This document shows positions 1-7,805 of a stretch of DNA of 42,956 bases, in pieces. How positions within the stretch are numbered: position 1 is the first letter of the stretch; the number at the start of each line of letters is the position of its first letter. Where the stretch lies: positions 1-42,956 of IMG/VR virus record IMGVR_UViG_3300048670_000236; one strand, given 5' to 3'. The notes beneath the pieces are model-generated. The model searched no databases. It was given only the letters and a program-made list of their open reading frames with translations, and was not told the DNA's origin. This DNA comes from a virus. Taxonomy: Duplodnaviria > Caudoviricetes. A program made the position numbers and the translations under genes.

Positions 1-127
1 GGCCACTGCCTGACGCACGAGGTATTCTGTATAGCGTTGCATGCGGTACCGGATGCCTTACGCAAAGAAATATGGCGACGAGTGAACCTTGTTGAGGTCC
101 AGTTCGCCGACAGATGGAGGAAGAGGA
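1..127. repeat. Terminal overlap of a circular contig (identical to 42830-42956)
   Basis: Bases 1-127 match 42830-42956; 127 is a common assembler k-mer and the overlap cuts through the RNAP 3' end. Confidence 0.95.
37..56. promoter_or_regulatory. Operator-like motif copy 1 (TTGCATGCGGTACCGGATGC)
   Basis: One of five similar 20-mers; lies just past the RNAP stop, over the start of the next ORF. Confidence 0.6.
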
Positions 128-2442
128 ACGTCAAAGCCTTTGGCCTGCAGTTCCGCAGCCAGCGCATGAAGCGCGGGCGTGGCGTGGATGGCAGCGAACG
201 CATGCCTCAACGTCGATGCCATTCGGTCGGCATCTGCGGCAAGGCAGAGATAGCTGTCATGCACGAACGCGAACACATCGACGCCCTGGTCGAGCAGTCG
301 ATGGATCGTGAACTTCACGTGCGCGGCGTCGAAGCTGTGCACGAAGTTGGGGCTGATGCCGTTGCGCTGGTTGAACGTCGAGACCTTGTCGGTCATTTCG
401 AACACCCTCGGACGGATGATGCTGCCCATCATCGATGTGCGTATCCGATAGGATTTCACATCGTTGTACTTCTGCTTCACGATCAGTCCTGTCGGTGCCG
501 TCCAGTAGATAGGCTGGGCACCGACCACGTCAGCCACCTGTCGCAGCCAATCCATCGCGGCACGAGCGGCGACAACAACCTTGTCGATGCTCTCCCAGAT
601 GATGTTGGCGAGATAGGTGATCGCCTCGTTCTCCCCGGCTTGAGGGAACGGACTGCCGCCCTTCGATGGTGCCACCTCGTTGAACCAATCACGGGTGTAC
701 CTGAAGCACGAGAAGCGGGTGCTGCCGTATGGCAGTGTCATGACCTGCCGCTTGGTGGCCTTGCGGTCCACACCAAACTGCAGCCACGCCGCTGCGATGG
801 CACTGGTGCCGGCGAGTTCCTTCAGCCTAGCCGTGACAACGTCTGCCACACGCTGGTAGATGTCAGAAGGACGAGGCGACGGTACAAGATTTGTCGCACT
901 GCCTCCAACAGGATCACGCAGCATGGCGCTAAAGTGCTGCAGCCCATTGCACGTACCATCCATTCCGATTGGCAGTACACTATCGGCGGATGGGTCTCGC
1001 TTGAGGCGGGCGTACTCGAAGCAGAACGCGAGGAACTGCCACGGGTTCTCTGCCCCCGACCAGTATGTGTCATCGAGTGGATGCTCCGCGCATTGCAGGA
1101 TGCGCTGTTCGTTGCGTTTGATGAAGTCGATGCGGGCGTCGAAGCTCTCCTTCGTCAGCCCGTTGTCCCACGAGTTGGCCCCGTGGATCATGAGCCATCG
1201 CCAGCCCGCCGCTGTTATCGGCTTGCCCTTCGAGAAGACGAGCAGCCCCTTCGCAGCATCGATGCCTTGCGGGTTCAGGTGCGGCACCAGCGGGTACATG
1301 CGGCCACGGAAGTCCATCGAGTACGGGAACCAGAACTCGTGGTCCTTGTAGTCGTGAGCCATGCGCTTGATCTGGTGCACGGTGATCCACTGTGCATCGG
1401 CCTCGCGCACCGCTTCGAACTTCCTGATGTTGGCAAGACGCTGGCGCGAACGCTCCTCGTCATCCATGTCATCGGTGAGCCTGACGTACTGGATGCCGTG
1501 CGTCTCCGCTGGCAGTGCCGAGATCGGGAGGCGTGCAGCCACCGCTTCTTCGAACACGTCCAAGACCTGGCGGTTGATGCGCCAGCCCACGTTCTGCATC
1601 GCGTTGACTGCATCGAGGACGAACTGGTTCATGCCGTTGATGTTGAGCGTCTCGGCGTCGTGCGTCTTGATCAGCGTGAGCGGGTTGACGTTGTCGGTGT
1701 GATAGCCGCCGCCCCAGTGGCTGGTCCACGGCTTCGGCGGGATCACTGTGGGCAGGTAGTCAGGCTTGACCTGCGCTGTCTGTAGCCAGTACTCGGCGAA
1801 CAGGTTGAAGGTCTTCGTCCGCAGCAGGTAGTGGGTCTGGCGTGTCCTCGACTTGACGATCTTGAACTCGTACCAGCCGGTGACTTCGGACAGTATCTCG
1901 ACCAGCTTCAGGCCCACACGTGTGCGGGTCGTGGCTGGCCACAACTGCATGGGTTCGAAGCCGTCCTTGGTTGCGGCCCATGTCACGAGGCCCTGCTTCA
2001 GGTCTTTGCTGTTGCTGCGGCGGGCCATGTCCCGCATCAGCTCGTCGTAGAGCTTGCGGTTGTGGGTGCGGAAACCCTCCAGCCACATCTCCCGCTGCAG
2101 GTTCGTGGCTATCCTGTTTGCGATCTTGACCATCGACAGCCCCGGCTTGTGCGAGACTCCCAGCACGGTCTTGATGGTGATGAAGGCGACCACATCAGGG
2201 TCGGCGTCGATAAGCACCACGCCCTCGGCGTGATACCGGCCAGCCTTCTGTGCCTTGATGTCCTCGATCCATTCGCGGATCGCCTTGGACACCTCGGTCA
2301 GGCTGTTCCTCAACATGGCGATACCGGCAGGGGTGTTGTTGAAGTCACCAGACTTGGTCGGCACCGAGAGGAGCTTTGTCTCCCTCGATGCAGCCATGTC
2401 CTGCTCGATACTGGCCTGCAGATTTGTGAGTTCAGGCTTCAT
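58..2442 (-). CDS. T7-like single-subunit DNA-directed RNA polymerase
   Basis: Motifs DFRGRMY, DGTCNGLQH, RKATKRQVMTLPYG, VHDS and C-terminal YFFA; start placed at ATG 2442 behind GGAG (ORF track extends to 2520). Confidence 0.97.
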   Translation of the reverse strand: MKPELTNLQASIEQDMAASRETKLLSVPTKSGDFNNTPAGIAMLRNSLTEVSKAIREWIEDIKAQKAGRYHAEGVVLIDADPDVVAFITIKTVLGVSHKPGLSMVKIANRIATNLQREMWLEGFRTHNRKLYDELMRDMARRSNSKDLKQGLVTWAATKDGFEPMQLWPATTRTRVGLKLVEILSEVTGWYEFKIVKSRTRQTHYLLRTKTFNLFAEYWLQTAQVKPDYLPTVIPPKPWTSHWGGGYHTDNVNPLTLIKTHDAETLNINGMNQFVLDAVNAMQNVGWRINRQVLDVFEEAVAARLPISALPAETHGIQYVRLTDDMDDEERSRQRLANIRKFEAVREADAQWITVHQIKRMAHDYKDHEFWFPYSMDFRGRMYPLVPHLNPQGIDAAKGLLVFSKGKPITAAGWRWLMIHGANSWDNGLTKESFDARIDFIKRNEQRILQCAEHPLDDTYWSGAENPWQFLAFCFEYARLKRDPSADSVLPIGMDGTCNGLQHFSAMLRDPVGGSATNLVPSPRPSDIYQRVADVVTARLKELAGTSAIAAAWLQFGVDRKATKRQVMTLPYGSTRFSCFRYTRDWFNEVAPSKGGSPFPQAGENEAITYLANIIWESIDKVVVAARAAMDWLRQVADVVGAQPIYWTAPTGLIVKQKYNDVKSYRIRTSMMGSIIRPRVFEMTDKVSTFNQRNGISPNFVHSFDAAHVKFTIHRLLDQGVDVFAFVHDSYLCLAADADRMASTLRHAFAAIHATPALHALAAELQAKGFDVPLPPSVGELDLNKVHSSPYFFA

Positions 2443-2514
2443 GTTTGCTCCGTAGTGGGAATATGGTCCCTCTTCGCCACAGCTTTTCGCCACATGCCCC
2501 GTCACGAGTGCGGA

Positions 2515-2534
2515 TTGCATGCGGTATCAACTGC
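2515..2534. promoter_or_regulatory. Operator-like motif copy 2 (TTGCATGCGGTATCAACTGC) upstream of RNAP
   Basis: Matches the repeated 20-mer; overlaps the IHF consensus. Confidence 0.6.
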
Positions 2535-2546
2535 TTGAAATCAAAG

Positions 2547-2574
2547 GAAAAGCCCGCTGTTGGGCGAGCTTTTC
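2547..2574 (-). terminator. Intrinsic, possibly bidirectional, terminator between att core and RNAP gene
   Basis: GAAAAGCTCGC-CCAACA-GCGGGCTTTTC hairpin followed by T-rich sequence on the minus strand. Confidence 0.7.
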
Positions 2575-2608
2575 TGAAACGGATACGAGGTCGGATAGAC
2601 CAGGTCTT

Positions 2609-2624
2609 GGGATTTTAAGTCCCT
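2609..2624 (-). mobile_element. attP common core AGGGACTTAAAATCCC (anticodon arm of a bacterial tRNA-Leu(UAA))
   Basis: Reads like the anticodon stem-loop of proteobacterial leuZ-type tRNAs; centred between arm-type repeat clusters. Confidence 0.78.
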
Positions 2625-3030
2625 ATTCCGCCGCCTCAACGGCAGGAAAGCTGGGGCTTTCGTCGCCGGGATCGCCCTGTGGGGCGTCATTCGCCACATC
2701 CTGTGGCGCTGTGGCGGCTGCGTCCTGCTCGTTGCGGACGCGGGCCGGAACCCAATCCGCCGGCAGTGCCGCCTTCATGTCATCGATCAGCACGCGCTGC
2801 TCGTTGATGGTCTTGATGGCGTTCTGCATCATGCTGCCCATCGACCGGAGCCTGACCTGCGTGCGGAGCAGCGCCGTGCGGGTCTCAAGGAAGGTGCTGA
2901 GCAGGAGCAGAAGCTCCTCGGGTACGACGGGGAAGGTCTGCCCTTCCGGGGTCTCGTCGGCAAGCTGGACCCACAGGAGGGCGGTGTCGGTCGAGAAGGT
3001 GGCAGGCGCAGTCGGTGTCTGTTCGGTCAT
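2623..3030 (-). CDS. Hypothetical protein (135 aa) coupled to integrase; C-terminus overlaps attP
   Basis: ATGA overlap with integrase stop; its stop codon overlaps the att core. Confidence 0.75.
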   Translation of the reverse strand: MTEQTPTAPATFSTDTALLWVQLADETPEGQTFPVVPEELLLLLSTFLETRTALLRTQVRLRSMGSMMQNAIKTINEQRVLIDDMKAALPADWVPARVRNEQDAAATAPQDVANDAPQGDPGDESPSFPAVEAAE

Positions 3031-4040
3031 TCAAGTACCTTTATGGCTTCGGTGTAGTTGTGTGGCGACAGATGTGCGTAGCGCATCGTGACGCTCACGT
3101 CGGAGTGACCGGCAAGCTCTTTGACGGTCACGAGATGCACTCCCCTCTGGACGAGGCGAGAGCAAAAGGTGTGGCGCAGGATGTAGGGGATGAACTGGTC
3201 ATCCGCCTCCAATCCCATCGCCGATTTCATGCGGTCCCAGTTCCCACGCAGTATCGCATACGAGTAGTCCGAGAAGAGACTGTTCGCGCGGCGCGTCAGT
3301 ACCTCCTGCGTGCGTGCGGTGAGCGGGATCATGCGGGACTTCTTCGACTTGCTCTGGCTCGGGTGCACCACGATGCCGGTGATCTTGCCATCGCGCATCA
3401 CGAGGTTGCTGGGTTCCAGTGCAAGGTGCTCGGAGCGGGTCCGCAGTCCGGTGTCCATGCCTACGATGATGAAGTCACGCAGCGCATCGAGGCCCATGTC
3501 TGAGGCCCACTGCAGCATGCGCTTCTCCTCACCCTCGGTGATGTAGCGGATGCGGTGCTCGCCTTCGGCAAGCTTCGGTATCTTGGGCATCTTCATGATG
3601 CCGCCGAGGTCCACATAGTGCTGCAGCATCTTGCTCAGTGCTGCCAGCTTGCGGTTCACGGTGCTCGTGCTGTTGCCCTGCTGCTTGAAGCGGGCGATCA
3701 TGTCGCGCACGGCCTGGTCCGTCACATCAGCGGGCGATACGTCCTCGCCGATGGCTTGCACGACCTGCTTGGCGTTGCCCACGAGGCTCTTCTCGGCACG
3801 CATGCCGTCCCAGTGGTCATCGGCAGTGCGCGTGCACAGCGCGGACATGGTCGCAGGCAGGCCAGAGGCCATCGCCACGACCGAAGCGGGCGAGCGGCCT
3901 GCCATGATGGCGGCTCGGCTTTCGAGCAGCCACTGATCCGCGGATGCCTTCGTCGCGAAGGTCACCCGCAGTCTCCCTCCCGGCAGGGAGGCGTGGTTCA
4001 AGACGGCTTGGAAGCTTCCGCCTCTCTGATATACTGGCAT
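3027..4040 (-). CDS. int: Tyrosine integrase
   Basis: DTGLR, K, LRHTF, LAGH and TMRY catalytic motifs; N-terminal arm-binding-like segment. Confidence 0.96.
   Translation of the reverse strand: MPVYQRGGSFQAVLNHASLPGGRLRVTFATKASADQWLLESRAAIMAGRSPASVVAMASGLPATMSALCTRTADDHWDGMRAEKSLVGNAKQVVQAIGEDVSPADVTDQAVRDMIARFKQQGNSTSTVNRKLAALSKMLQHYVDLGGIMKMPKIPKLAEGEHRIRYITEGEEKRMLQWASDMGLDALRDFIIVGMDTGLRTRSEHLALEPSNLVMRDGKITGIVVHPSQSKSKKSRMIPLTARTQEVLTRRANSLFSDYSYAILRGNWDRMKSAMGLEADDQFIPYILRHTFCSRLVQRGVHLVTVKELAGHSDVSVTMRYAHLSPHNYTEAIKVLE
4008..4035 (+). promoter_or_regulatory. Sigma70 promoter for the tRNA, antisense within the integrase 5' end
   Basis: TTGGAA (4008-4013), 16 bp spacer, extended -10 TGaTATACT (4027-4035), 13 nt before the tRNA. 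Confidence 0.7.
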
Positions 4041-4048
4041 CTCGATCT

Positions 4049-4134
4049 CCCTGCTTGGCGGAACGGTATACGCAGCAGACTTAAAATCTGCCGCTCGAAA
4101 GGGTATGTGGGTTCAAGTCCCACAGCAGGGACCA
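4049..4134 (+). tRNA. tRNA-Leu, anticodon UAA
   Basis: Acceptor CCCTGCT/AGCAGGG, discriminator A and encoded CCA; D arm with GG; anticodon arm GCAGA-CTTAAAA-TCTGC; long variable arm; T arm GTGGG-TTCAAGT-CCCAC. Confidence 0.96.
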
Positions 4135-4470
4135 TCACGCCAACGCATGCAGTTGGCTCAGCACCATCTTGCCCTTGTGTGTCAGTGCCACTTCCTTGTG
4201 CCTGCGATCCATCGGGTTCTCGCGAACCGTGATCAGGTCGAGCGCAGTGCCTCGGAAGTTGGCGAGTGCTGACAGGTTGCGCGAGACGGAGGATTGTGAC
4301 AGGCCCACCATCTCGCCGATCTGTGTCTGAGTCTTGCCCTCCCAGCGTGCCACGGCCAGGAATACCATGATCATCTGTGTCTCGATGCGTGGGTGCAGCG
4401 TCCTGAAGACGTTCAGGAACGCTGTCCACTTGTCGAAGCTACGTGTCGGTGACTCGTTCGGTTTATTCAT
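4135..4470 (-). CDS. MarR-like winged-helix regulator, probable immunity repressor
   Basis: HTH TQTQIGEMVGLSQSSVSRNLSAL and wing ENPMDRRHKEVALT.KG; GAGGA RBS before ATG 4470; adjacent to integrase. Confidence 0.85.
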   Translation of the reverse strand: MNKPNESPTRSFDKWTAFLNVFRTLHPRIETQMIMVFLAVARWEGKTQTQIGEMVGLSQSSVSRNLSALANFRGTALDLITVRENPMDRRHKEVALTHKGKMVLSQLHALA

Positions 4471-4507
4471 CGCGGTGTCCTCGCTAGAGCGAGGGTGCCG
4501 GGGTCCC

Positions 4508-4666
4508 TCACTCAATCATGATCTCGATGGGTCCCCAGTGGAACCATCGAACCCGGTCTGCAATGCTCATGCGTGGTAACGCTCCATACCCGGGCGATAC
4601 CACATAGCATGAGACTTCGCATGTGAATAGGCGAAAGTACGATACGCAGTGCCTGTTTACCGGCAT
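4508..4666 (-). CDS. Small hypothetical protein (52 aa, MPVNRHCVSY...GPIEIMIE)
   Basis: Translated manually; GAGGT RBS; lies between a TTGACA promoter and the repressor; below the ORF-track cutoff. Confidence 0.55.
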   Translation of the reverse strand: MPVNRHCVSYFRLFTCEVSCYVVSPGYGALPRMSIADRVRWFHWGPIEIMIE

Positions 4667-4705
4667 TGGTTACCTCTTTGACTCGGAGGATTGGGAACGA
4701 ACAAC

Positions 4706-4746
4706 GCCCATCACATAATTGTCGCAGGCGCACTGTCAAGATGGGC
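4706..4746 (-). promoter_or_regulatory. Candidate host promoter for the repressor operon
   Basis: Perfect -35 TTGACA (4734-4739) with TATGTG 16 bp downstream; flanked by inverted repeat GCCCATC/GATGGGC. Confidence 0.5.
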
Positions 4747-4752
4747 AAGTGG

Positions 4753-4965
4753 TTAAGCCGCAACTTTCTTTGGCGGTTCTGCGCCGAAGAACTCGTAAGG
4801 CCAGCGGCCCACCTGTGCCTCGACGTGCACGCAGACCCAACGGCGATGGTCCTCGCCATCCAGCTCGACGTTGCGAAGCTCGAAGACGCGCCAGCGTCCA
4901 TCGACACAGCGAATGGCCTGCCGACCACGACCAAGGTTGCGCTCGATGCGGGTGTACTTCTTCAT
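4753..4965 (-). CDS. Hypothetical early protein (70 aa)
   Basis: GGAG RBS, ATGA overlap with upstream gene. Confidence 0.7.
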   Translation of the reverse strand: MKKYTRIERNLGRGRQAIRCVDGRWRVFELRNVELDGEDHRRWVCVHVEAQVGRWPYEFFGAEPPKKVAA

Positions 4966-5261
4966 TCAGTCTCTCCTGTTGATTTGGCTATGCGACGGGC
5001 GATGCGCTCCGTCATGATTGCGTGTTCGACCTCGCCCTGATGTGGGCCACGGTCATAGGGGCTGATGCCGCCCAGTTCGTTCAGGATGCCAACGGCAGCG
5101 GCGCGCACCTGAAGGCCATTGAGCCTGTGCACGTCATCCAGCTCGTCCACGAGCGCCATCTTGATTGCCTTGATGACGCGCTTGAGGCGCGTTCTGGTCG
5201 GCTGCTCGCGCACACCACCCCAGAAGGCATCCTCGATGTCCTGCAGGGTCTTGGGTGTCAC
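4962..5261 (-). CDS. Hypothetical early protein (99 aa)
   Basis: GTG start at 5261 behind GGAGG, overlapping the upstream stop. Confidence 0.7.
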   Translation of the reverse strand: MTPKTLQDIEDAFWGGVREQPTRTRLKRVIKAIKMALVDELDDVHRLNGLQVRAAAVGILNELGGISPYDRGPHQGEVEHAIMTERIARRIAKSTGETE

Positions 5262-5467
5262 GCTGCCTCCGCTGAGTGGATCAGGATGTGCGCCGCGAAA
5301 CGCTTCAGCGTCTTGCGGAACTCGTCGCCCTCCTGTGTCTGCCAGTATGACTTGGCTGCGTCCCCGTAATCGAGGCCCAGCCCCTCGCACACAGTGCGTG
5401 CTGCGTCCTCGGCAGCGGCCTCGAAGATGTCGGCATGCACGAGCAGGTTTCGTTCAGGTCTCTTCAT
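5258..5467 (-). CDS. Hypothetical early protein (69 aa)
   Basis: AGGAG RBS, coupled to neighbours. Confidence 0.7.
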   Translation of the reverse strand: MKRPERNLLVHADIFEAAAEDAARTVCEGLGLDYGDAAKSYWQTQEGDEFRKTLKRFAAHILIHSAEAA

Positions 5468-5643
5468 TGCATTGTCTCCTCGATGACATCGATCAGGTGT
5501 TCGGCCAGGCTCACCTCGCGCTGCACCTCACGTGGCCAGTTGCCACCATTGGTCAGGCTGTAGACGTGGCGATTGCACAGGTCGTTCAGGCCCCAGAGGA
5601 GAATGCGCTTCTCCTCTGGCGTTAGTTTTCTTGCGTCAAGCAC
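5464..5643 (-). CDS. Hypothetical early protein (59 aa, MLDARKLTPEEK...)
   Basis: Manual translation; GTG start behind GAGG; fills the gap with an ATGA overlap. Confidence 0.65.
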   Translation of the reverse strand: MLDARKLTPEEKRILLWGLNDLCNRHVYSLTNGGNWPREVQREVSLAEHLIDVIEETMQ

Positions 5644-5646
5644 GGT

Positions 5647-6201
5647 TCATCCTCGGATGTTGATGATGCGGGCTTCCCCGATCATGTTTGGTTGGTGCCC
5701 TCGCGACCACCACGGTCGCTTGTGGCCATGCCAGTAGTGGTCACCACCGGCAGTCGGATCGATGATCCAGTAGTTCAGCCGCCCCATGACCACGCGATCC
5801 ACGATCTCCTTGACGCGCACGAAGTCCTTGCGGCCATCGAGGTTGCCAGTGATCACGGGCAGGTTGGGGTCGGCGGTGTTCCACACACTGAACTGACAGG
5901 CGTCACGCTCGCGGTTGCATTGCGTGGCCACACCAGCCAGCGTGTCAGCCCAGCCCTTCTCCCAGCGGTTCACGATCACGTGCACGATGGCCTCGATCTC
6001 GTGATCCGATTGGGAGCGTGCTTCGCCGTAGACGGTGCGATAGACGGCATCCATCTGGCTGGCATCAGGCAAGGGTGTGATGGTGGGTGCGGGTGCCTCG
6101 ATTGCCGGCACTGTGGGTGCGGGCTGATCGGGCAGAATATGCGAGGCAGTGAGGCAGACTAGAGCAACGGCAGCGATGACGTTGTTAGCCTCCATTGGCA
6201 C
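5647..6201 (-). CDS. SleB/CwlJ-like cell wall hydrolase (Hydrolase_2) with N-terminal hydrophobic segment
   Basis: TVYGEARSQ, VHVIVNR, QFSVWN and DPTAGGDHYW motifs; start may be ATG 6195. Confidence 0.85.
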   Translation of the reverse strand: MPMEANNVIAAVALVCLTASHILPDQPAPTVPAIEAPAPTITPLPDASQMDAVYRTVYGEARSQSDHEIEAIVHVIVNRWEKGWADTLAGVATQCNRERDACQFSVWNTADPNLPVITGNLDGRKDFVRVKEIVDRVVMGRLNYWIIDPTAGGDHYWHGHKRPWWSRGHQPNMIGEARIINIRG

Positions 6202-6466
6202 CGGCCTTGCGGCGACGTTGCCGCTCCATCACCTCGATCTCAAACAGGACTGCCTTGGCAACCTGCTGAGACACGACGGCAGCGGCCTCGACCTGCTGAT
6301 GGTACTCGAATACTGCCGCGACCTTCTTCGCCAGTGCCTGCTCCAGCACTGTAATCTGCTGCACTGCGTTCATGCCGTCGATGCGGTCGAGAACGTCGAA
6401 GACATCGGCCACGCCGATCTCCTGCAGGGTGGCATTGTACTTCATGCCCGTGACTTGCTTACGCAT
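6185..6466 (-). CDS. Hypothetical early protein (93 aa)
   Basis: AGGAG RBS; fits operon. Confidence 0.7.
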   Translation of the reverse strand: MRKQVTGMKYNATLQEIGVADVFDVLDRIDGMNAVQQITVLEQALAKKVAAVFEYHQQVEAAAVVSQQVAKAVLFEIEVMERQRRRKAGANGG

Positions 6467-6569
6467 AGGCTTTGCTCCTGTGTTTGATTTTGCGGGTGTA
6501 GTGCTTGCGTGAGCGCACCACCTTCGGGGCGATGCGCGTCACGGCTTTGGCGATTGGGTTGCGTTTCAT
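6459..6569 (-). CDS. Small basic protein (36 aa, MKRNPIAKAVTRIAPKVVRSRKHYTRKIKH...)
   Basis: Manual translation; overlaps both neighbours in operon fashion. Confidence 0.55.
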   Translation of the reverse strand: MKRNPIAKAVTRIAPKVVRSRKHYTRKIKHRSKAYA

Positions 6570-6796
6570 GTCTCGCACGCGATCAGCAGGGTGTTGATCT
6601 GGGCATCGACCTCGGACGTGTCCTCGGAGCGAGCCAGTTGTTTGTTCCGGCGCAAGGCCAGGGCCACCAGTGAGGCGTGAAGATCAGCGTGGCGCTTCGC
6701 TTCGATCTCCTGCTTGAACATCGCCACGTTGAGGCGATTGGTCAGCCGACGATCTGCGATGATCTCGGCTGCAGACTTCAGTGTCATGCGCTTCAT
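6566..6796 (-). CDS. Hypothetical early protein (76 aa)
   Basis: ATG 6796 behind GAGGG; 3' part of ORF 6566..7000. Confidence 0.65.
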   Translation of the reverse strand: MKRMTLKSAAEIIADRRLTNRLNVAMFKQEIEAKRHADLHASLVALALRRNKQLARSEDTSEVDAQINTLLIACET

Positions 6797-6798
6797 GG

Positions 6799-7080
6799 TC
6801 AGTCCCTCTTGTCTTTCAGTCCGCACACTGTGCAGACGCCGTTTGAGTTGAACGCACAGTCCCCATCGCTCTCCTCGCCAGCCTCTTCGAGCACCTCGGC
6901 GTGGTAGTGCATGGTTGCCATCGACAGCGTGGCGATTGGATCGCGGCCACGAGCGGCGATGTAGTGCATCAGGTCCACGATCAGATCGGTGGCTGTGCAC
7001 TCGTCTTCTGGCTCGACGTAGACCTTCATGTAGGCCTGCATTGCAGTGGCTGCGCGGATAGCACGGTTCGCGTTACTCAT
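6799..7080 (-). CDS. Hypothetical early protein (93 aa) with C-terminal Cys cluster
   Basis: ATG 7080 behind AAGGA; TDLIVDLMHY segment and C...CxxC tail. Confidence 0.7.
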   Translation of the reverse strand: MSNANRAIRAATAMQAYMKVYVEPEDECTATDLIVDLMHYIAARGRDPIATLSMATMHYHAEVLEEAGEESDGDCAFNSNGVCTVCGLKDKRD

Positions 7081-7151
7081 GTGGTTTGTTCCTTGGTTGT
7101 GAGCACTGCGCTCAATGCTGCACCACGTGAGCGGTGCAGTGATGAAGGCAG

Positions 7152-7430
7152 CTAGAGCACGGCACCTGAGACAATGGCTTGCTGGTAGGCGAGCTTGATG
7201 CGCGGTGCCACTTTTCCTGGCCTTGACGCTGTGATGCTCGCGATGCCCTTGATGCCAGTGCGCTCCACGTAGCGGCGGAATGCCCAGCCCCGCTCGTATC
7301 GCCACTGCTCATAGGCATTGATGCGATCAGGGTTGAACACGCCACGCTTGGCGTCGTTCCAGCCCTCGGCGAAGGCTGGCGTGAGCATGTTGCCGTTGAT
7401 GGTGACTTCCTTGGTTCTGACCTGTGTCAT
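7152..7430 (-). CDS. Hypothetical early protein (92 aa)
   Basis: ATGA overlap with upstream gene. Confidence 0.7.
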   Translation of the reverse strand: MTQVRTKEVTINGNMLTPAFAEGWNDAKRGVFNPDRINAYEQWRYERGWAFRRYVERTGIKGIASITASRPGKVAPRIKLAYQQAIVSGAVL

Positions 7431-7780
7431 GCGTTCCCCCAGAGGCGCTTGATGTGGTCAGTCGTGGTCACGTATCGCTTGCCAGCCTTCTCGATCACCC
7501 AAGGCTTGGTGCGTCCCTTGGACCTGTAATCAACCAGCGTCCAGCCAGCGGCAGGCCTTGAAGCATCGACGCCCATAAGCTTGGCGAAGGCAATCGCTTG
7601 CTGCTGATCTCGCTCCCCTGCACCTGACGTGGTCACAGTGACCTTGGTGGTCATGCTGACACCGTCGAAGGTGCAGTTGCCGACCTTTACGGACAGGCCA
7701 TGCTTGGCCATTAGGTGGGCAATAGCGGCCTCGATCTCACTGGCCAGCAACTTGCATTCATCGCGCATGATCTTCTGCAT
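7427..7780 (-). CDS. Hypothetical early protein (117 aa)
   Basis: ATG 7780 behind AGGAG. Confidence 0.7.
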   Translation of the reverse strand: MQKIMRDECKLLASEIEAAIAHLMAKHGLSVKVGNCTFDGVSMTTKVTVTTSGAGERDQQQAIAFAKLMGVDASRPAAGWTLVDYRSKGRTKPWVIEKAGKRYVTTTDHIKRLWGNA

Positions 7781-7805
7781 TGGGTAGTCTCCTGTTGAAG
7801 TGGGA

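Larger units (their letters stand above)
2473..2716. mobile_element. attP: arm-type repeats, IHF site and tRNA-Leu core
   Basis: TTCGCCACA at 2473-2481, 2486-2494, 2690-2698; inverted TGTGGCG at 2702-2708, 2710-2716; IHF consensus WATCAAnnnnTTR = TATCAACTGCTTG 2525-2537; core at 2609-2624; lies between integrase operon and RNAP. Confidence 0.8.

Noticed and set aside
1-127. 127-bp end repeat as a biological terminal repeat
   Set aside because: Length matches an assembler k-mer and it cuts through RNAP; the real ends are more likely near 10.8 kb
37-1785. 582-aa plus-strand ORF
   Set aside because: Antisense shadow of RNAP caused by biased codon usage; no motifs or RBS
4049-4134. The phage tRNA itself as attP
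   Set aside because: Arm-type repeats and the IHF site surround 2609-2624, not the tRNA; not fully excluded without junction data
4049-4134. tRNA as a codon-supply gene
   Set aside because: TTA appears very rare in these genes, so supplementation is unlikely; protection against host tRNA nucleases remains possible
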